Origin: Hyaloraphidium curvatum SAG 235-1 | Lineage: Eukaryota; Fungi; Monoblepharomycota | Direction of reading: 5' to 3' | Assembly (NCBI GenBank): GCA_025558095.1 | Contig: JAIVFI010000029.1 | Coordinates: 310,001 to 374,000 of the forward strand | Length of the DNA stretch: 64,000 bases | The notes under the pieces: generated by a model | Databases searched by the model: none | Seen by the model: only the letters and a program-made list of their open reading frames with translations | What the model was told of the DNA's origin: nothing | Position numbers and translations under genes: made by a program | Shown here: positions 59,768 to 64,000 of the stretch, piece after piece | How positions within the stretch are numbered: the stretch's first letter is position 1 | Layout: each line of letters opens with the position of its first letter

Positions 59768-62700
59768 TCACGGATCCACGAAATCCTCCACGTCGTCATA
59801 CTCCTCGTCCGTCACCTCTGCGTACGACAGCTCGCCCGAGGAACCCGCGCTCGTCAGCCCGTCGTGGGCGAGCCCCGCCAGCAGGATCTCGGGTTCCGGA
59901 TCTCCCGGCGCGAGGAAGACGAGCGAGACGATGCGCGCGTTCTCCTCCGCCAGCCGCCGGAGCTGGGCTTCCAGCGCCGCGCTTTCCGCGCGGCTTTCGT
60001 CCAGCTCGCGTTCCAAGGCGGCGATTGCGGCATCGCGCGGCGGTTCGAGTGGGCCCGACTCGAGCGTTTCCGCGAGATTGAGCGCCTCGAGAGGATCGAA
60101 TGCCGTGGAAACAGCGGCATCGGTGGGCTTGTCCTTCCTCGGGGTCCCCGGCGCCGAAGCCGTTCCCGTCTTGCTAGTCGCTGCGCCAGAAACGCCGCCC
60201 GTGCCACCGCCGACGCTCTCGAACAGCGTATTGAACTCCTGCAGGCCGCGCTCGACGCCCTTCATGCCCTCGGAAAGCTGCTTCTGCAGCGTCGGCAGGT
60301 CGATCTCGGGCGTGGCCGCGGAACCTGCCCGCACGCTGGTCGCGCCGGCCGTGAGCAAGCCCCGATCCTTGGCCGCCGGATCCTCCACGAGCTCCAGGCC
60401 CACGCCCTTGAGGATGCTTCCCACGCCCGAGACAAACTCGCCCACGATGCTCTCGACGCTCGTGAGCAGCTGCTTGATGTCGCCGATCTCCTCGCCGTTG
60501 GCCCCGATCTGGATGTCCAACGAAAGCGGTACGGTGCCCGCCCCGTCTTTCGCCTTGAGGGCCGAAAGCAGCAGCGGCGACACGAGGTTCAGGTCCTCTT
60601 TGGTCAGCGAACCCAGGTCCGGCACCTTGGACTCGAGAGAAAACGATGCCGGCGCGAGCGCCTTTGCGAGCAGGGCCGAGCCACCGGCCTGAGCAGCGGC
60701 CGGGCTCCCCGGCGCCTTGATCGACACGGCAGCGCCCTTGCCCTTGCCCGAAGCCGCCTTGGAATCCTCCTCCTGCTGCTTCTTCCGCAGGTCCCGCGCT
60801 TCCTTGACTCGGTGCATGACCGCCTCCACGCTCTTGACTTTGGACTTCCACTCTTCCTGCGTCCACCGGTTGCCAAACTGGGAGCCGGCAAAGTCCGCGT
60901 TCCGGACCTGCGCCTCCAGCGCCGGCGCAAGCATGGCTGCGGTTGCGGCAAGAGATTCCAGCGCCTGGTCGATGAAAGCGTTTGCATCGATGCCAAGGGC
61001 AGCGAGGTTGAGGCTGCCGCCACCAGCGCTCGAGCCAGGGAGGTTGGAAATGTTCAGGTTGTTGAAGTTGAGGTTCAAATTGGCCGCCAGCGCGTTCAAG
61101 TTTGCCGCGAGTGCCTGCTGGCTCTGCTGGACATTGTCCAAAGTCTGGTTCAGCGAGGCCGGAGCGCCGGGGGACGAAGCTTTCGGCGATGCTTTCGTCT
61201 GCGCAGCGGGCTGCGGCGAGGCCAGTCCCTTCTGTCCGCCGGTCGCGGCACTGCTGGCGACCTTGTTTGGCTTCGTCACCGGCTGTTCGCGGTTCACCGC
61301 GGCTTTCTCAACAGGCGTCGCCTTCTCGACCGGCGTCGCTTTCGTGGCTTTGGCCGGGGTCGCACCGACCGGTGCAGGCTTGGCGGCCTTGACTTGGGGC
61401 GACTCGGCAGTCTTCGCTGGAGCCTCCTTGTTCGTCGCCTCTGCCGCACCGTCATCCCGCGGCTCTTGCCGCTGCTTCGCCTTCTTCTTCTTGCCCGATT
61501 CGACAGTGTTGTGGGGGAGGATCGGTGCTTCTGCCCGTGGCGTCGACGGGGCTGGCGTCGACCCAAGCGCCTCCTCCGATGCCGGTGGCTTCGCATCCGC
61601 GGCCACGTTGGAGGGCACGGTGACGGTGTGCGGCGCAGCAGACCCCGTCCCGTGCCGGATATCGTCAGCTTCCTTGGCGCTCGCCCCCTCGACTGCCGCT
61701 GCCGTCGTGCCCTCGTCTCCGTTGGCCGGCATTGCGGGTTTCTGAACCACCTTGGCACCTTTCGACGCTTGCCCAGTTCGAGCGTCGCCAGCAACGAGAG
61801 GCACCTTGCTAGGAGCAGGTGACTTGGACGCTGTCGAACTGCTCGCAGAGCCAGTTGGAGGACCGCCCTTGCTGGGTTCCGCAGCAGCAGGCGGTGTCGC
61901 GACAGATTTGGGTGTGGTCTTCGGTGCTGGTGAAGACGGAGTCTGCGCTGCGCGTTGAGCGTCCTTTACTGGCAATGGCTTGGTTCCCACAGCTGTCACA
62001 GAAGCAAACTGCTGCTCTTTTGCGATTGGCAGATCCACTTTCGGTGGCGCACTCGCTGGACTGGCGTTCGCCAACGGGGTAGGGCCTGCAAAAGAAACAG
62101 AAGATGTCTGCGATGGCAGTTTCCCCGCCTCGGAAGGAGATGACGAAGAAGGGACGGTCTGAACCGCCGGGGGCGAAGACGAAAAGTCCTTGCTTTGAAG
62201 CAGAGCTTTCGGTATGGGGACTTGCTGAGCACCTCCAGGCGGGCGAGGCGCGAAAGGCAGCTGGCCGACAGGCGGTCGTTGCGCGGGATTCAAGCCCATC
62301 GGGCGAGGCGACGTGCTCGGAGGAGACGTGGCCAGCCTGTTGATGGGAACCTGCTGCACGCGCAGTTGGGCGGCTCCTGGAGACATCGCCTGCGGAGGGC
62401 GCGCGGCCTCGCGTCCAGGCGTGGCAGCGGCGATGGGCACCGGCTGAGTGCCTCGATTTCGCGCGCCGCCAAAAGACCCATTCGTTGTGCCGACGCCGCG
62501 GCCGGGAATGTCGATCGGCTCGTGGGGCCGCAAAAGAGACGTCGTTGGGGCGTGCTCAGCCGCATTCGCGTCCTCCGCATCCGATTCGGCCGCTTCCGAC
62601 GTAAGCAACTCGCTCGTCGGACTCGCGAACCCCGATCCGGTTTCTCTGGATCCCATGATGGGGGAGAAGCGTCCGACGGAACCCGGAGTGGTGCTCAGAG

Positions 62701-64000
62701 TATCTCGCCGCGACCTCACGTCCGAACCTCGTGATTCTTCCACGCTCGATTGGTCCCATCTGTCCGGCTCCGTCGAGGTCGAATCCAGCCTCCTAGCAGG
62801 TGTCCGTGGCGGGCTACCCCACGATTCCCCGGTGGGATTGGAGGTAAGATTCGGCCCTTCTGCCAAACGAAGAACCTTGTCAGCAACCCGGCCGAGCGTT
62901 GATCGTCGCAACGGTGGAGCTCACCAAGTCCAATGTCCTGTCCCGAAACTGGACGCGAAGCGTTCGAGCTGGGCTTCGACGGGGCTTCGGGGACCGGTAC
63001 CGCACTCAGCCCCGACGACGATACCGCGCCGTTCGTCGGGGCCGCTAGAAAGGGCTGATTAGGTGGCCTTACTAGGTCGTCGAAGATTCGAAGGCGGGAC
63101 CTTCCGGAACCCTGGGACGGATCCGCGTTCCCCGGCGGGAGAGCGCCCGGGAGTGTTCCTTGGAGTCCGGGCGCCGGCCTAGGAGCCTGCGAGCCCATGC
63201 CCATAGCCATGATGGCCGGGTCGCGGAACGGAATATGTCCGCCGGGGCCTCCAAATGACCCGTTTGCGGCCCCGTCCGGATGCTTGCTCATGCCCGGCGG
63301 CCTCGCCGAAGTGAGCCGTGCGTTCATCAGGAACTGGTTGAGAAACTCGTCCGCGCTGGTCGCATTCTCGAACTGGCTCGGCATCGGTCGCGCGACGCCG
63401 GGCGGGCCCTGGTTCGGCCCCGGCTGGTGTCCCACCATCTGGAAGTACCGCTGCTGCGACATGGCGACACGGTTCGCGTAGGCTTGCTGCTCGAAAAGCG
63501 TGCCGTTGACTGGGAATGCGAATGCGCGATCCGGTCCGGCCTCACTCCGTTGGTCTACGCGCGGCAGCTGAAGCGGATGAAGCCGGGGTCAGAAAGAACA
63601 CCGAGCCCTCGAACAGCAACAACAAACCTGGAGAGCGGGACTCTCCGTAGCCGGCGGCTGCTGGGGGCTTTCCGAGAAAAAGCGCTCAAATCTGCTTCCG
63701 CCCCCGCCTCTTCGAGGCAAGGATGTGTTCGACTCCCCAGCCGGCGCTGGTGGAAGCGCGCTACGTCCGGAAACATCGCTTTGCGAGGCAGATTGCCGCA
63801 TCCCTGCAGCCTCTTCGCGAAATGGATCAAAGTCCGCGTTGGCATCTCTGCCGGCAGAAGGCACAGAAGCGGATGGAAAACCGGGCGGCCGTCCGTTGGG
63901 CAAAGCAGGTCCCATGGACTGGTAGTACAGCCCCGGCATCGGTGGCGCGCTGGTCGCCGCGGGCATGAGCAGACCAGAAGGCATATCCAGCCCGCCAGGG
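59768..64000 (-). CDS. Large low-complexity protein, 5' end outside window (possibly a Not4-like C-terminal region)
   Basis: A ~1030-aa final exon with coiled coils, plus upstream exons carrying the short motifs DFDPF, SRFERFF and FRDPAIM. The family call is weak. Confidence 0.55.

Overview
Eukaryotic, GC-rich, intron-dense DNA. It is most likely from an early-diverging (chytrid/monoblepharid-like) fungus; this is an inference from fungal APSES, Bfr1 and Sec10 genes occurring together with a TMCO3-type antiporter. Bases 1-~11,100 are a CpG-depleted nest of retroelements: a Ty1/copia element with a 145-bp 3' LTR inserted into a LINE copy, three LINE (RTEX/L2-like) pieces with (CTATT)n tails, two solo LTRs (285 and 86 bp), a ~1.5-kb unclassified repeat also present at 27.1-28.6 kb, and a 1.28-kb non-coding SINE-like element. 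That element borrows the LINE 3' tail and carries five tandem three-way-junction repeats. Bases ~11,200-64,000 hold about 25 very tightly packed spliced housekeeping genes. The most notable observations are the structured SINE-like parasite of the LINE, a predicted 3-nt microexon right after the PDI CGHC site, an intronless atypical TSR3 94 bp downstream of CDC45, a mitochondrially targeted GcvR-like protein, a SAP-PPWD1 fusion, and CpG decay extending from the TE nest into SEC10. Gene spans include introns and were worked out by eye; no database searches were run.
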